Origin: Bacilli bacterium
Lineage (GTDB): Bacteria; Bacillota_I; Bacilli_A; ML615J-28; CAG-313
Assembly (NCBI GenBank): GCA_017501465.1
Contig: JAFVWY010000018.1
Coordinates: 77,829 to 141,828, forward strand
DNA: 64,000 nucleotides
Reading direction: 5' to 3'
The notes beneath the pieces were generated by a model that saw only the letters and a list, made by a program, of their open reading frames with translations, had not been told where the DNA came from and ran no database searches. The translations under genes were made by a program, and so were the position numbers. Below, piece after piece: positions 10,848-22,500 of this stretch; the first letter of the stretch is position 1, and every line of letters starts with the position of its first letter.

Positions 10848-13187
10848 ATGAAAAAGATATTAAGATTATTTTTATTAGTATTAGTAGCTTTTTGTGTAGT
10901 TGCATGTAACAATGATAAAACTCTATCTACTCCAACTAATGTTCAAATCTCAGATAGTGGATTAATTACATGGGATGTTGTTCCTAATGCTACTACATAT
11001 ACTGTTAAAATTAATGGAGTTGAATTTAATGTTTCTACACCATTTTATTTGGTAAATGACCTAACAAAAGATTTTACTTATAGTATTAGTGCACATGCTG
11101 AAGATTTTGACTCTTCAAATGAAACTGAACAATTTGTTTATCTTGCACCAAAAGTAGTAATACCAGAACAACCAAAGAAAGATATTGTTATTGGTATCAG
11201 TGGTTCATCTGAAGTTAAAAGTGGTAAATCAATAACTTTAACTGCTAATGTTACAGGTACTGATAATACTGATGTTTCATGGTCTATTACAAAAGGTAAA
11301 GATTATGCAACTATTAGTGAAGATGGTATTTTAACTGCCAAAGAAGTCACTAAAGAAGAAGGTGACAAAGTAATTGAAGTTACTGCAAGAAGTAAAGATG
11401 ATTCATCTTGTAAAGCTACTAAAATTATTACTATTGTTACAAAGCCTGATCTTACTCAAGAAATGTTAGATGTTTTATCAAATGAATCATATATATCATT
11501 TGAAGGATATATTAATATAAATTTGTATCCGTTTGGCTCTAATAAACTATATTCAACATATACTACAGTTATTAAGACTGCTTTAGATGGTGAGTATTGG
11601 TATGCTGAATATGAAAATACTGATAGTTATACAAAACTAGGAATTTACTATAAAAATCATAATGGCTATGCTTGTCAAGTAGGCGTTAACTTTATGAATG
11701 AAGAACAATACGAATACGCATTAGATGATTCTGGACTTCCACTTTCTTGGAATGAATATGGCTTATATAATAACTTTAAAGGTTTAACAATTGATGACTT
11801 TATGTTTGATGAAGAAACATGGCGTTGGACTTACTGTGGTAATGATCAAGAATTAGATAACCGTATGGTAGCATCTGCTAACCCATATGAGTTTAAAGCT
11901 AATGGCTTCTCTTTAATAATTGAAGAAGGTGAAATTCTTGGTATATATGCTAAGAGTGAAGATGATTATACAATTGTTGAACAATATAAAGCTATTCAAG
12001 AATTAATTGTTGCAATAAATTATGGCGAGGATAATGTAAAAGTAAATAAAGTTCCAAAATATGTATATGATGAAGAAATTCATGGTAATTTAAAACAAGC
12101 TTTAGAGACTATTCATACTAAAGATAATTACACATTAAGATATAAAGATATCCAAGCATCTAGTATGACTAGTGGATACTTACAAGAAGGTTTTACTGAA
12201 TATATTACAAATACAGATTGTCACTTTATTCCATTTACAACTTCTTATGATAATTATGGTAATGAAGTATATACGCCAAAGAAAAATGCAAGTTATGGAT
12301 ATCATAAATTTAATGATACTTTATATAATGCTTATTATGAAGTTGAAAATGAAAAAGAGGAAAGCTTAGGTTTTAGAGCTTCTAGAGCTTATGAAAAGAG
12401 TTTTGATAATGCTCGTCCAACATTTGCTTTTGCTCCTGAAATTTTCACAAAATATTACATAGACGAAGAAGAAGGCACAACTACATATTATGTTGATGAA
12501 TTGATGACTGCTGTTGCATCTACTTTCTATTATGGTGTAGGAAATGATATTAACCTTTATGGTATTTATGCTACTACAGGTTATATTTCACAAACAGAAT
12601 CATTTACTCCTTATATTGTAGTTGATAATGAAACTAAGACTATTGTTTCAAGTTGTTTCTATTATTATTTAGGCTATATTTATGGTGTTGTTGAAATTGA
12701 ATATTATGATTTTGATACAACATTATTACCTGAGGATGTAAGAGTTGAATTTGAACAAAGAGATGTACCTACAAGATGGGATCAATTAACAATCACTAAA
12801 TCTATGATTGGTACAAGCACTGAAGATGATTACGAAGAAAATGCCTTAGTAGTTTTAAAAGAATTCTTTGGTGTAACAGACGAAGAAGAAGCGGAATTTA
12901 TTGAAAAAATGCCATTCTTTGGTAAGCCTTTAGGCGATACATATGGTTTTGGTTTAACATCATACCATATTGATAGTCATAATGTTAATCATCCAGCGAT
13001 TACTTTCTATTACGATGTGCCGTTAGATGTTGACTATTCTATTGAATCATCGCTTGAACTAGTAGAAGAATATTTACTTTCTATTGGTTTTAGAAAGAAC
13101 TCTGCTGGTGAATTTAATAAAGATGATATCTGGGTTGCACCAGTTGATCAAAGTTTAGATTTAATTATCTATGTTTGGAAAAATTAA
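10848..13187 (+). CDS. Large surface lipoprotein (779 aa) with an N-terminal Big_2/Ig-like domain. It is a paralog of the next gene over the C-terminal ~560 aa.
   Basis: Lipobox VVAC|NN. Big_2-like segment 'SGKSITLTANVTGTDNTDVSWSI...'. Its C-terminal region is collinear with the 13206 gene (e.g. 'DFDTTLLPEDVRVEFEQRDVPTRW' vs 'DFGTTVIPEDTFDTYVPRAWRTSW', and 'EENALVVLKEFFG' vs 'EENAQTVFEHVFG'). Confidence 0.7.
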   Translation: MKKILRLFLLVLVAFCVVACNNDKTLSTPTNVQISDSGLITWDVVPNATTYTVKINGVEFNVSTPFYLVNDLTKDFTYSISAHAEDFDSSNETEQFVYLAPKVVIPEQPKKDIVIGISGSSEVKSGKSITLTANVTGTDNTDVSWSITKGKDYATISEDGILTAKEVTKEEGDKVIEVTARSKDDSSCKATKIITIVTKPDLTQEMLDVLSNESYISFEGYININLYPFGSNKLYSTYTTVIKTALDGEYWYAEYENTDSYTKLGIYYKNHNGYACQVGVNFMNEEQYEYALDDSGLPLSWNEYGLYNNFKGLTIDDFMFDEETWRWTYCGNDQELDNRMVASANPYEFKANGFSLIIEEGEILGIYAKSEDDYTIVEQYKAIQELIVAINYGEDNVKVNKVPKYVYDEEIHGNLKQALETIHTKDNYTLRYKDIQASSMTSGYLQEGFTEYITNTDCHFIPFTTSYDNYGNEVYTPKKNASYGYHKFNDTLYNAYYEVENEKEESLGFRASRAYEKSFDNARPTFAFAPEIFTKYYIDEEEGTTTYYVDELMTAVASTFYYGVGNDINLYGIYATTGYISQTESFTPYIVVDNETKTIVSSCFYYYLGYIYGVVEIEYYDFDTTLLPEDVRVEFEQRDVPTRWDQLTITKSMIGTSTEDDYEENALVVLKEFFGVTDEEEAEFIEKMPFFGKPLGDTYGFGLTSYHIDSHNVNHPAITFYYDVPLDVDYSIESSLELVEEYLLSIGFRKNSAGEFNKDDIWVAPVDQSLDLIIYVWKN

Positions 13188-13205
13188 TTGAAAAGGAGAA
13201 AAAAT

Positions 13206-16043
13206 ATGAAGAAATTAACCAAAATTTTCTCTTTAGTGCTAGTTGCTTTATTCACTTTGGTTATTGTTGCTTGTGGTGGTGATAAAGACCCACAAAATGT
13301 TACAATTTCTTTTGAAGCGTCTAAGACGACTCTTACTAAAGATGAAACTTCAAACTTAACTGTAACAGTTACAGGAAGTGATAATACTAAATATTCATTT
13401 ATTTATGATGCTTCTATAGTTAAAATCGAAAATAATGTTTTAAGTGTTATTGCGGATGTTACTGAAAATAAAACTGTAACTGTTGTTGCTTACGCTGAAG
13501 CAGACGCTAGTAAAACTGCTACTAAAGTATTTACTATTAAAGCTGCAAGTGAAGTACCATCTATTGAAATTACTACTCAAAGAAATACAATCACATATGG
13601 TGAACAAATTTCTTTAAATGTTGTTGTTAGTGGTTTAGAAAATAAAGCCTATGGTTGGGTAGTATCTGATACTTCTTTAGTTAAAGTTGATAATAATGTA
13701 TTATCAGTTTTAAAAGAAGTTAGTGTTGATACTGTTGTAACAATTAAGGCTGTATCAGTTGAAAATTCAAGTGTTTATGCTGAAAAAACTATTACTGTAA
13801 AAGCTCCTAGTTCTTTAGGAAGTATTACAGTAAGTGCAAGTCAAGATACTATTGCTGAAGGTGAAGAAGTATTACTTTCTGCAGTCGTTACTGGTTTAGC
13901 TGATACAAGTTATACATGGACAGTATCTCATGAGAACTTAGTTAAAGTTGAAGGCAATGTATTAAAATTAATTGGTACTGTAAAAGTTGATACTAACGTT
14001 ACAATTACTTGCGTTGCTAATGCTGATGAAAGTGTTACTAAATCTAAAACTATTATTGTAAAAGCTCCAATTATTGCAGGTCAAGTTGGTGAATTAACAA
14101 ATGCTGTTTTAGGTGAAATTGCTAATGGTTCTATTACATTTAGTGGAACTGTAACTGATTATTATACTGATTTTAATAATTCATTTAATAATACTGTTAA
14201 CCAATATGATTCATTAGTTATGATGTCAGATGGTAGATGGTATGGTCAATGGAATGTCTCTGGCAAAACAGCCAACTTAATGGTTGATAACTATAGACGT
14301 GGTGAAACTGATGGCTTAAAAGATGCTTATGGTAATGTTGGTCATGCATTAGAAAAATTATATATTAATTTAAATAATGAAGTTGCTGCTGAAATTGTTA
14401 AAGACTATAGAAGTATTCCTGCTGTATGGGAAGCTCAACATTTATGGAATCATTTAGGTAATTTAACTGTAACAAATTTCGTTTATAGTCCAGATGATCA
14501 ATTATATACATATAAAGTTGATGAAAAAGATGTAGAAGGTTTATATTTAATGACTTACTTATCTTATTGTTTAACTCCAATGTTAGAAGATACATTAGCT
14601 GAAATTTCATTTAAGATTGTTGATGGTCACATCGTTTCTATTATTGCAAGAACTGAAGTTTTATATTATGGTTCTGATACACAAGAAGAAGCAGATGCTA
14701 TGAGTTATACAGAATTAATTTTAACTCCTAGTTATATTGGTACTACAGTAGTTCCTGAACCTGCTAGATATGATGCTCCTGAAAATGCTGAATTATTAGC
14801 TCAAGCTCTACAAAATATGCAAGCATTAAATAACTATAAATACAGTGCAAGTGATGTTACTACTTATGCTCCATCTGGAGACGGTGGTGATTATGAAATT
14901 TCTGCAAGTGCATCATCAACAGGTGTTACTTCTAAATTAGCTCATAGAACTAATTTAATTTCTGGTGTTTCTTCAAATGCTGTTCATAATTATACTTCAT
15001 CTGTTGGTACAGTTGGTGAAGTTGGTTTAGTTACACAAGATGCAATTTTAATTGCTAATACTGGTAAATATAGTTACGGTTTAGATGATAAACTATATCA
15101 TACTGAATATTATGGATATAAACAAAATAATGATGGAACTTATGATGAATTTGAATATGATAGTAGCGTTGCTGCACTAAAAGGTACAAGAAAAGTAACT
15201 GGAAGTCTTGCTGATATCTTACCTGGATTCCAATTCTCTGCAAACATTTTTGAATTTGTAGGAACAAAAGGAAGTGGTGATGATATTACTTATACATTTA
15301 AATTAAGAGCAACTGAGGCTACAAGAGAAATTGCAATGCAAGTGTCTTTACATAGTTATGCTGAAGATGCTGAACAATCAACAAATAATACATTCACAAT
15401 TGTTGTTGATAAATTTGGCCATGTAGTATCTACAACTTATTCTTATAATTTAAGTGGTGTTTATTTTGGTAATATTACTACTAAATATTCTGATTTTGGT
15501 ACTACTGTAATTCCAGAAGATACTTTTGATACATATGTTCCAAGAGCTTGGAGAACAAGTTGGAGTGAATATGTTTGTAAATATTTCCAACCTTCTCATA
15601 CAGGAAACAGTTATGAAGAAAATGCTCAAACTGTATTTGAACATGTATTTGGTGAAGAAGTTGTGAATTTACCATCTCCTCAAATCTTCTTAGAAGCATT
15701 TGATGATTTAGTCTTTGGACCATTCTTTGATTGGCGTAGTAAAGAAGTTGATGGTGTAACAGTTTATACTGATTATGTTTCAATTAATGTTCAAAGCAGT
15801 GAATTCGATGAAAATTCTGTTATTACAAATTATGAAGAATTAATGGAAGAATTAATTACTGCATTACAAGAAGAAGGTTATGTTTTAGATAGTGCAAATA
15901 CTGATACATCAGGTGGAGAAAGTGGATATGGTGATCGTTATGTTACTTTAATCAAGGGTAACATTCAAATCGTTATCACTAATAACCGTACTAAACATTT
16001 ATCAATTTACTTCTATCATCTTGGAGATTGGATTTTAAAATAA
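13206..16043 (+). CDS. Large surface lipoprotein (about 945 aa) with 4-5 tandem Big_2/Ig-like domains plus a C-terminal module shared with the 10848 gene
   Basis: ATG at 13206 with RBS AAGGAG. The track TTG at 13188 is less likely. Lipobox IVAC|GG. Repeated ~85-aa units ending '...VKxxNNVLSV....VTxxAxA....xxKTxTVKA' around 13300-14060. Confidence 0.7.
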   Translation: MKKLTKIFSLVLVALFTLVIVACGGDKDPQNVTISFEASKTTLTKDETSNLTVTVTGSDNTKYSFIYDASIVKIENNVLSVIADVTENKTVTVVAYAEADASKTATKVFTIKAASEVPSIEITTQRNTITYGEQISLNVVVSGLENKAYGWVVSDTSLVKVDNNVLSVLKEVSVDTVVTIKAVSVENSSVYAEKTITVKAPSSLGSITVSASQDTIAEGEEVLLSAVVTGLADTSYTWTVSHENLVKVEGNVLKLIGTVKVDTNVTITCVANADESVTKSKTIIVKAPIIAGQVGELTNAVLGEIANGSITFSGTVTDYYTDFNNSFNNTVNQYDSLVMMSDGRWYGQWNVSGKTANLMVDNYRRGETDGLKDAYGNVGHALEKLYINLNNEVAAEIVKDYRSIPAVWEAQHLWNHLGNLTVTNFVYSPDDQLYTYKVDEKDVEGLYLMTYLSYCLTPMLEDTLAEISFKIVDGHIVSIIARTEVLYYGSDTQEEADAMSYTELILTPSYIGTTVVPEPARYDAPENAELLAQALQNMQALNNYKYSASDVTTYAPSGDGGDYEISASASSTGVTSKLAHRTNLISGVSSNAVHNYTSSVGTVGEVGLVTQDAILIANTGKYSYGLDDKLYHTEYYGYKQNNDGTYDEFEYDSSVAALKGTRKVTGSLADILPGFQFSANIFEFVGTKGSGDDITYTFKLRATEATREIAMQVSLHSYAEDAEQSTNNTFTIVVDKFGHVVSTTYSYNLSGVYFGNITTKYSDFGTTVIPEDTFDTYVPRAWRTSWSEYVCKYFQPSHTGNSYEENAQTVFEHVFGEEVVNLPSPQIFLEAFDDLVFGPFFDWRSKEVDGVTVYTDYVSINVQSSEFDENSVITNYEELMEELITALQEEGYVLDSANTDTSGGESGYGDRYVTLIKGNIQIVITNNRTKHLSIYFYHLGDWILK

Positions 16044-16073
16044 TCTAACATTTAAGAAATGGAGGGCAGAATT

Positions 16074-19000
16074 ATGTTTAAAAAATTTAAATTTATAACA
16101 GTTATTATAATTACTATTGCCCTTACACTTATGGGTTGTGAAGGTGGTTCTACCTCACCAACAATTAAGGTTACTGCCTCACAACCTTCCATTAGTATTG
16201 AAGCAAGTGAAGTTGAAACTCATGATTTTAAACAATATTTTACTATCACAGAAGGTAGCCAAAATGTCACAGTTTTAGATACATATTTAGATCTTTCTGC
16301 GTTAACTGAATCAGCTGGATCATATATTGTAACATGTACTTATAAAACAAAAATGGCTTCTATTATAGTAGAGGTTAATACAAGTACAACTGTTAAAATT
16401 ACTACTTTAGTTGATAGTGTTACTGTTAATAATTTAGAAGTTTTAAATCACAATTATAAACAATATTTTAGTATTACAGATGAAGATTTAGAAATAGAAG
16501 TACAAGATTCTTATTTAGATTTATCTAGTTTAAGACTTGCGGAAGGAACATATACAATTCGTTGTACATACAATGGTGTAGTTAAAACACTAGCTGTTAA
16601 TGTTACAGAAGTTAGTTATCAAATCAAATTAGAAAGCAAGGAAATTTCTGTTAAGCAATCAGATGCATTAACTTATGATTATAAGTCATTATTCACTGCG
16701 GTGGTATCTGGAAAGATAATTGAAATTACTGATGATATGATAAAATCTAACATTTCAAATAATGTAGGAACTTATCAATATACAGTATATTTAGGTGAAA
16801 CATCAATGACTCTAACAGTTAATGTTATTAGTGATCATGACGTAGAAATTATTAATTCATACAATTTAATTGAAATTGAAGAATCTAAACTAAATGAATT
16901 TGATTTTACTAAATTATTTAGTGTTTATGTTGATGGCGTTTCAAGAACTGTCACAATTGATATGATTGATAAAACTGGACTAAATAATCCAGTTGATGGA
17001 GTCTGTGAAATTAAAATAACATATACAGAAAATCAAGCAGTTGCTACTGCTTCATGCAATATTAAAATTGTAAAAGATAGTCAAGTTATAGTAACTACTA
17101 AAAATATAGTTACTTATCCAAATGGTGAACATATTGATTTAACAACACTATTTGAGATTAAAAAAGGAAATGAAATAATTCCAGTAACTAACGATTTAAT
17201 TACTGGAACAATTAATTACTCTGAAGTTGGCAATAATGTAATTACATTAACTTATAAAGGAGTTACATATAAGGCCAATGTTGAAGTAAAACAAGGTGTA
17301 ATTATTAATTACACAAAAGATTCTATTGTTAAAGTAGGTCTTGGAACATCAAAATCAAGTTATGCTTTTAATGAAGATTTTAGTGTATTAATTAATGGTG
17401 TTGAATTTAGTGATATTAAAAAATACATTAATGTAGATAATGTTGATTTTACTAAAATAGGTTCATATGAAGCTGTAATTTCTATTCCATATAAAGATAG
17501 TTCTTTAGGAATAAATGAAACAACTTTATTTACAAAGACAATCACTTATGAGGTTGTTGATGTAACATACAACATATATATTTCAAATCAAGTTGTTGAA
17601 CTTCCTACCGGTTCAACATCATATAATGTTTTTGATAACTTAAGTGTTAAAGTTAATGGCATTAATCAAAAGTTAGTCAAGAATGCACAACAAGTATCTG
17701 CGATTGCAACTTACGCATATCAAGTCAATGAAATCGATTTTAACTCAATTGGGTTACAAGAAATTAGTGTGGCAATATTTGTATTTGGACCAGATAAAGA
17801 CCCAGTTTATGCAAACTTTAAAGTAATTATTAAATCAGATATTGATATTAAAATTAATAATGCATATATGTTTGAAGGTTCAACTCTTTATACAAAAGAT
17901 TTATTTACTATTACTGTTAATGGTAACGAAATACCTGTTACTCAAGATATGATTGAAGGTAAAGTTGACACTTTCACACCTGGAGTATACAGTGTTGTTA
18001 TTAATTATCAAGGTATTTTAAAAGAAGCTAAAGTAATCGTTTTAAATAAGAAAATGATTGGTCAATATAAAACAAATTTAATAACTATTGGAACTAGTGA
18101 TTCTACTGATGAAGAAGGATATGAAGATGCTGGTACAAAGCCAAGAGAAATTAAAGACTTATTTATTACTGAAGATGGAAGAATTTCTGTTGATGGTACT
18201 TTAGCAACAATTTTATATGGTATTGATGAAAATACAATGTATATCAAAGTTGGTAGTTATGAATTTACTTTATATTACAACGATGGTATTGTAGTCTTAG
18301 ATCCAGATAACAAAATTAAATTAGGTTTTATTAATGATAAACGTCCACTTGTTTATTTCCATACTGATGTTTGGGAATTAAGTGATAAAGTTACAATTAA
18401 TAGTGCTAATGAACATATTCTAGTTAATCCAATTGTGGCTTACACTATTGATGCATTTAAAATAAAATCATTAATTAGTGGTGACACTAAATGGTATGGT
18501 TTAAATATCAACTTATATGAAAAAGCAAATAGTGATACTAATTATTTAGTAACACATGGATTTATCGAGTTTAGTGATGATTTTGAACAAACTGCAAACA
18601 CTCATTCATCACTAAGAATGAACAATGAAGTTATTGAATTTAATATGCTTGATTCAAATACAGCAAAAGTAGGTAAAGCAACAGATGATTCTGGATATAA
18701 ATTTGCTGGTCATACTTTTGTTGGTAAATATAATGGCCTTGATGCAATTTTAAGTGTTGATATTTATGAAGGCTATTTATTAAAAGTTGGCGATCAAGTA
18801 ATATTAAATGTTTCTGGCGCAAGTGTTAGAAATCAAAAATATGGTGGTGCTGATTACGAAAATAATACAGTATTAATCATTGATGAAGGTAGTTTAACGG
18901 AAGCTCCATATTCATTTAAATTTAGCCTTGATTTAGTAAATAATACATTTACTTATATTGAAAAAGATATCTATTATGGTAGATATGAAAATAGTGAAAT

Positions 19001-19499
19001 GATGTTATTCTTTGATGGTTATGGTAGTGGTTTAGTCAATTTCGATATTAAACAATACGGTTTAACGACATTTGATTACCAAAGAAAAGGTAATGAATTA
19101 GAAATTGTTTATACAAACACTAAACCAACATTTACACATGGGGAATATGCAACATTCTACATGGATTCTTTAAATAATGCATTAACAGCTAAATATTTTA
19201 AAGATGAAGAAATAAGAGGAAGTATATTTGTTAATAATTACTTAACTGATGGTGCAATTATTAACATTTCTACATATACTTTTAAAACATACTCAAATGC
19301 AGTTTTGGGTAGAAAAGCTTTATTTGATTCAATTCAAATAATTCTTCCTGATGGCGAAGTAACAGACAATAATATTAAGATTACAATGATTGATATTAGT
19401 GATATTAATTTTGCAGTTTCAGGGTTCTATCATTTCTCAATTACATGTAGTGTAAATGGAAATGATGTAGTTATGCATTATGCATTACAAATTATCTAA
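16074..19499 (+). CDS. Large surface lipoprotein (about 1141 aa) built of repeated Ig-like beta domains
   Basis: ATG at 16074 is preceded by GGAGGG. Lipobox LMGC|EGG. Recurrent ~95-aa units such as '...DTYLDLSALTESAGSYIVTCTYKTKMASIIVEVN' and '...DSYLDLSSLRLAEGTYTIRCTYNGVVKTLAVNVTE'. Confidence 0.65.
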   Translation: MFKKFKFITVIIITIALTLMGCEGGSTSPTIKVTASQPSISIEASEVETHDFKQYFTITEGSQNVTVLDTYLDLSALTESAGSYIVTCTYKTKMASIIVEVNTSTTVKITTLVDSVTVNNLEVLNHNYKQYFSITDEDLEIEVQDSYLDLSSLRLAEGTYTIRCTYNGVVKTLAVNVTEVSYQIKLESKEISVKQSDALTYDYKSLFTAVVSGKIIEITDDMIKSNISNNVGTYQYTVYLGETSMTLTVNVISDHDVEIINSYNLIEIEESKLNEFDFTKLFSVYVDGVSRTVTIDMIDKTGLNNPVDGVCEIKITYTENQAVATASCNIKIVKDSQVIVTTKNIVTYPNGEHIDLTTLFEIKKGNEIIPVTNDLITGTINYSEVGNNVITLTYKGVTYKANVEVKQGVIINYTKDSIVKVGLGTSKSSYAFNEDFSVLINGVEFSDIKKYINVDNVDFTKIGSYEAVISIPYKDSSLGINETTLFTKTITYEVVDVTYNIYISNQVVELPTGSTSYNVFDNLSVKVNGINQKLVKNAQQVSAIATYAYQVNEIDFNSIGLQEISVAIFVFGPDKDPVYANFKVIIKSDIDIKINNAYMFEGSTLYTKDLFTITVNGNEIPVTQDMIEGKVDTFTPGVYSVVINYQGILKEAKVIVLNKKMIGQYKTNLITIGTSDSTDEEGYEDAGTKPREIKDLFITEDGRISVDGTLATILYGIDENTMYIKVGSYEFTLYYNDGIVVLDPDNKIKLGFINDKRPLVYFHTDVWELSDKVTINSANEHILVNPIVAYTIDAFKIKSLISGDTKWYGLNINLYEKANSDTNYLVTHGFIEFSDDFEQTANTHSSLRMNNEVIEFNMLDSNTAKVGKATDDSGYKFAGHTFVGKYNGLDAILSVDIYEGYLLKVGDQVILNVSGASVRNQKYGGADYENNTVLIIDEGSLTEAPYSFKFSLDLVNNTFTYIEKDIYYGRYENSEMMLFFDGYGSGLVNFDIKQYGLTTFDYQRKGNELEIVYTNTKPTFTHGEYATFYMDSLNNALTAKYFKDEEIRGSIFVNNYLTDGAIINISTYTFKTYSNAVLGRKALFDSIQIILPDGEVTDNNIKITMIDISDINFAVSGFYHFSITCSVNGNDVVMHYALQII

Positions 19500-19528
19500 A
19501 TTTTAAAAAGGGAAATAGGAGAAAAAAG

Positions 19529-22500
19529 ATGAAAAAAGTTAGAATTTTATTAACGTCTGTTTTCGCTTTAGTTTTAGGCCTTTTCCTTGTTGCATGTGAA
19601 GGCGCACCTGTTCATCAACATACATTAGTATTTAATGAAGCAGTTGAAGCAACATGTACTGAAAAAGGTACAATTCAACATTATGAATGTACAAAATGTG
19701 AAAGAATTTACTCTGACATTGAATGCACTAATCAATTAAAACAAAGTGAAATTTATGTAGAAGCATTAGGACATACTTTAAAAGAAGTAGAACATGTTGC
19801 TCCTACTTGTAAAACTGAAGGTAACATTCACTATTATGAATGTGAAACTTGTGGAAATTATTATGAAGATGAAGCAGCTACAATTGTTTTAAGTGCTAAT
19901 GATGTAGTTATTCCATGTTCTGCTCATGAAGGTCTTGTTGAAAGAGAACAAGTTAATCCTGATTGTGAAAATGATGGTGTTATAGCTCATTTCTATTGTG
20001 CTGTTTGTGATAGAACATATAAAGATGCTGAAGGCTTTATAGAAATTAAAGGTGCACAATTAGTTATTCCAGCACTAGGACATGAATTAAAAGAACATGC
20101 TGCAGTTAGTGCAGATTGTGAAAATGCTGGTAACGTTCATTATTATGAATGTGAAACTTGTCATAAATATTATGAAGATGAAGCTGCAACAAAAGCATTA
20201 ACAGCAGAACAATTAGTAGTACCAGCACTTGGTCACAGTGTTGAATATCATGCTGCAATTGCTGCTGATTGTGAAAATGCTGGTAAAGTAGCTTATTACG
20301 AATGTAGTGTTTGTCATAAATATTTTGAAGATGAAGCTGCAACAAAAGCATTAACAGAAGAACAATTAGTAGCACCTGCACTTGGTCACAGTGTTGAATA
20401 TCATGCTGCAATTGCTGCTGATTGTGAAAATGCTGGTAAAGTAGCTTATTACGAATGTAGTGTTTGTCATAAATATTTTGAAGATGAAGCTGCAACAAAA
20501 GTATTAACAGAAGAACAATTAGTAGTTCCTGCACTTGGACATTCTCTAGTTCATCATGCAGAAGTTCCTGCAGTTGTTGGTAATCCTGGTTCTGCTGAAT
20601 ATTATCAATGTTCAGTTTGTGGTAAAGTATACTTAGATCAAGAAGCTACAGTTGAAACTTCATTAGATGAATTAACAAGATATGCTTATTTAATTAGTAA
20701 AAATGATGCTGCTACAAGTGGTTATTATATTGATTATACTGATTCTAAACATACATTTGTTGATGCTGAAAATAATGGTGTTTTCGTATCTAATAATAAA
20801 GGTGTAAATAGTGCTACTGCATATATGCATTTATTCTTTACATCAAGTGGTGTTGTATCATTTGATTATTCAGTTTCATCTGAAAGTGGATGGGATAAGA
20901 TGACTATTTATGCTTCAAACAATGGTGAAGCATATCGTGCTATTGTTAGTGGTATTTCTGGTATTCAATCAGGTAGCCAAACTTTAGTGGTTAATGCAGG
21001 TGATTATATTTACTTCCAATACAGTAAAGATAGTAGTGGAAATAAAAATGATGATATCGCAACTATTTCAAATATCGTATTTGTAACTGCTGATGTATAT
21101 GTTAAATCTGTATTAACATTTAATGCTAATGGTGGTGAAGAAGTTCCACAAATTGAAGCTTATGATGGCGTTGCTTTAACTGCTCCTGAAGCTGTGAAAG
21201 ATGGTTATTTCTTTGATGGTTGGTATACTGATGATACTTTAACTACTCCATTTGATTTTGCTGCTGGTTTACATGGTAATGCTACTGTTTATGCTAAATA
21301 TACAAAAGGTGTTAATGTAAGTTATGCTAATACTCAAGATTCTACAGTTGAATCTGAATTAGTAAGACCAAATTCAGCAGTAACTGTTCCTTCAGTTATT
21401 CCTACATCTTCAACTCAATATTTCAAGGGTTGGTATGTTGATGAAGCATGTACAGAATTATTTGATTTTGAAGCTGGCGTAAGTGTTGATACTGTTGTAT
21501 ATGCTGGTTGGAGAAACCCTGTTGTTTTATCTTTTGAAGCTAATAATGGTTCTACAATTGAAGCTATTTCTACAGATATTAATGTAGCTATTACTATGCC
21601 AAGTGATCCAACTAAAGATGCTCATAAATTTGCTGGTTGGTATGTAGATGAAGCTTGCACAATTGCATTTGCTCCTGAAAATGGTATTACAGAAGATACT
21701 ACAGTTTATGCTAAATGGTTAGCACAAGTAGAAGTAACATTTGTATTTAAGGGTGAAGTTGTTGGTACTCAAAAGGTTGACAATGGATCTGAATATTCAA
21801 TCGTTAATCCTGAAGGATTTGGTGAAATTATTGATGGTTGGTTCACTGATGAACAATTTGCAAATGAATATGTCGATGGTACTGTTTTAGTAGAAGGTAT
21901 CACTTTATATGCTAAACCTCATGCATTTGCTCCAGAGGGTGTATTAGTAAGCTTTGTCAATGGTGATGGTTCATCTAAGACTAAATATCCATGGATTTAT
22001 GATGTGGCAACTAATACTTTCTCATCAAGTAATCAAACTGTTGGAAGTAGTTATTCTACATTAGAAATTACTTTTGCAAAACAATCATTTGTTTCATTTG
22101 ATTACTTAGTTAATAGTGAATCTAATTATGACTTTATTATCGTAACTGTTAATGGAACTCAAGTATTATCTACTAAAGTTTCTGGCTATAATGGAAAAGA
22201 TGTATCTGGTTCATTTAGTGATACATTTGAAGCTGGTGATGTGGTTGTTATTCAATACAAGAAAGATAGCAGTGGTAACCAAGGTACAGATACAGCTACT
22301 ATTTCTAATTTAATAATTAACGATGGTGTTCCTACACTTGATATCGTTTTAGATTACCAAGATGAAGCTGTTGCTGATGTAACTGTTCAAACTGGTATCA
22401 ACACTACTATTAAAGATATTGAAAACTTTGAAAGTTATGCTCCTGCTGATACAGATGCAAGACATTTCGGTGGATGGTATTACGATGCTGAATGTACTCT

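Noticed and set aside
12172-12369. 65-aa plus-strand ORF inside the 10848 lipoprotein gene
   Set aside because: Alternate-frame ORF within a gene. Low-complexity Leu/Ile/Met-rich. No support.
20106-20534. 142-aa minus-strand ORF with internally repeated protein sequence
   Set aside because: It is a mirror by-product of the 153-bp tandem repeats in the plus-strand lipoprotein gene. The same applies to 36422-36744 (minus) and 36455-36664 (plus, out of frame) over the 66-bp repeats.
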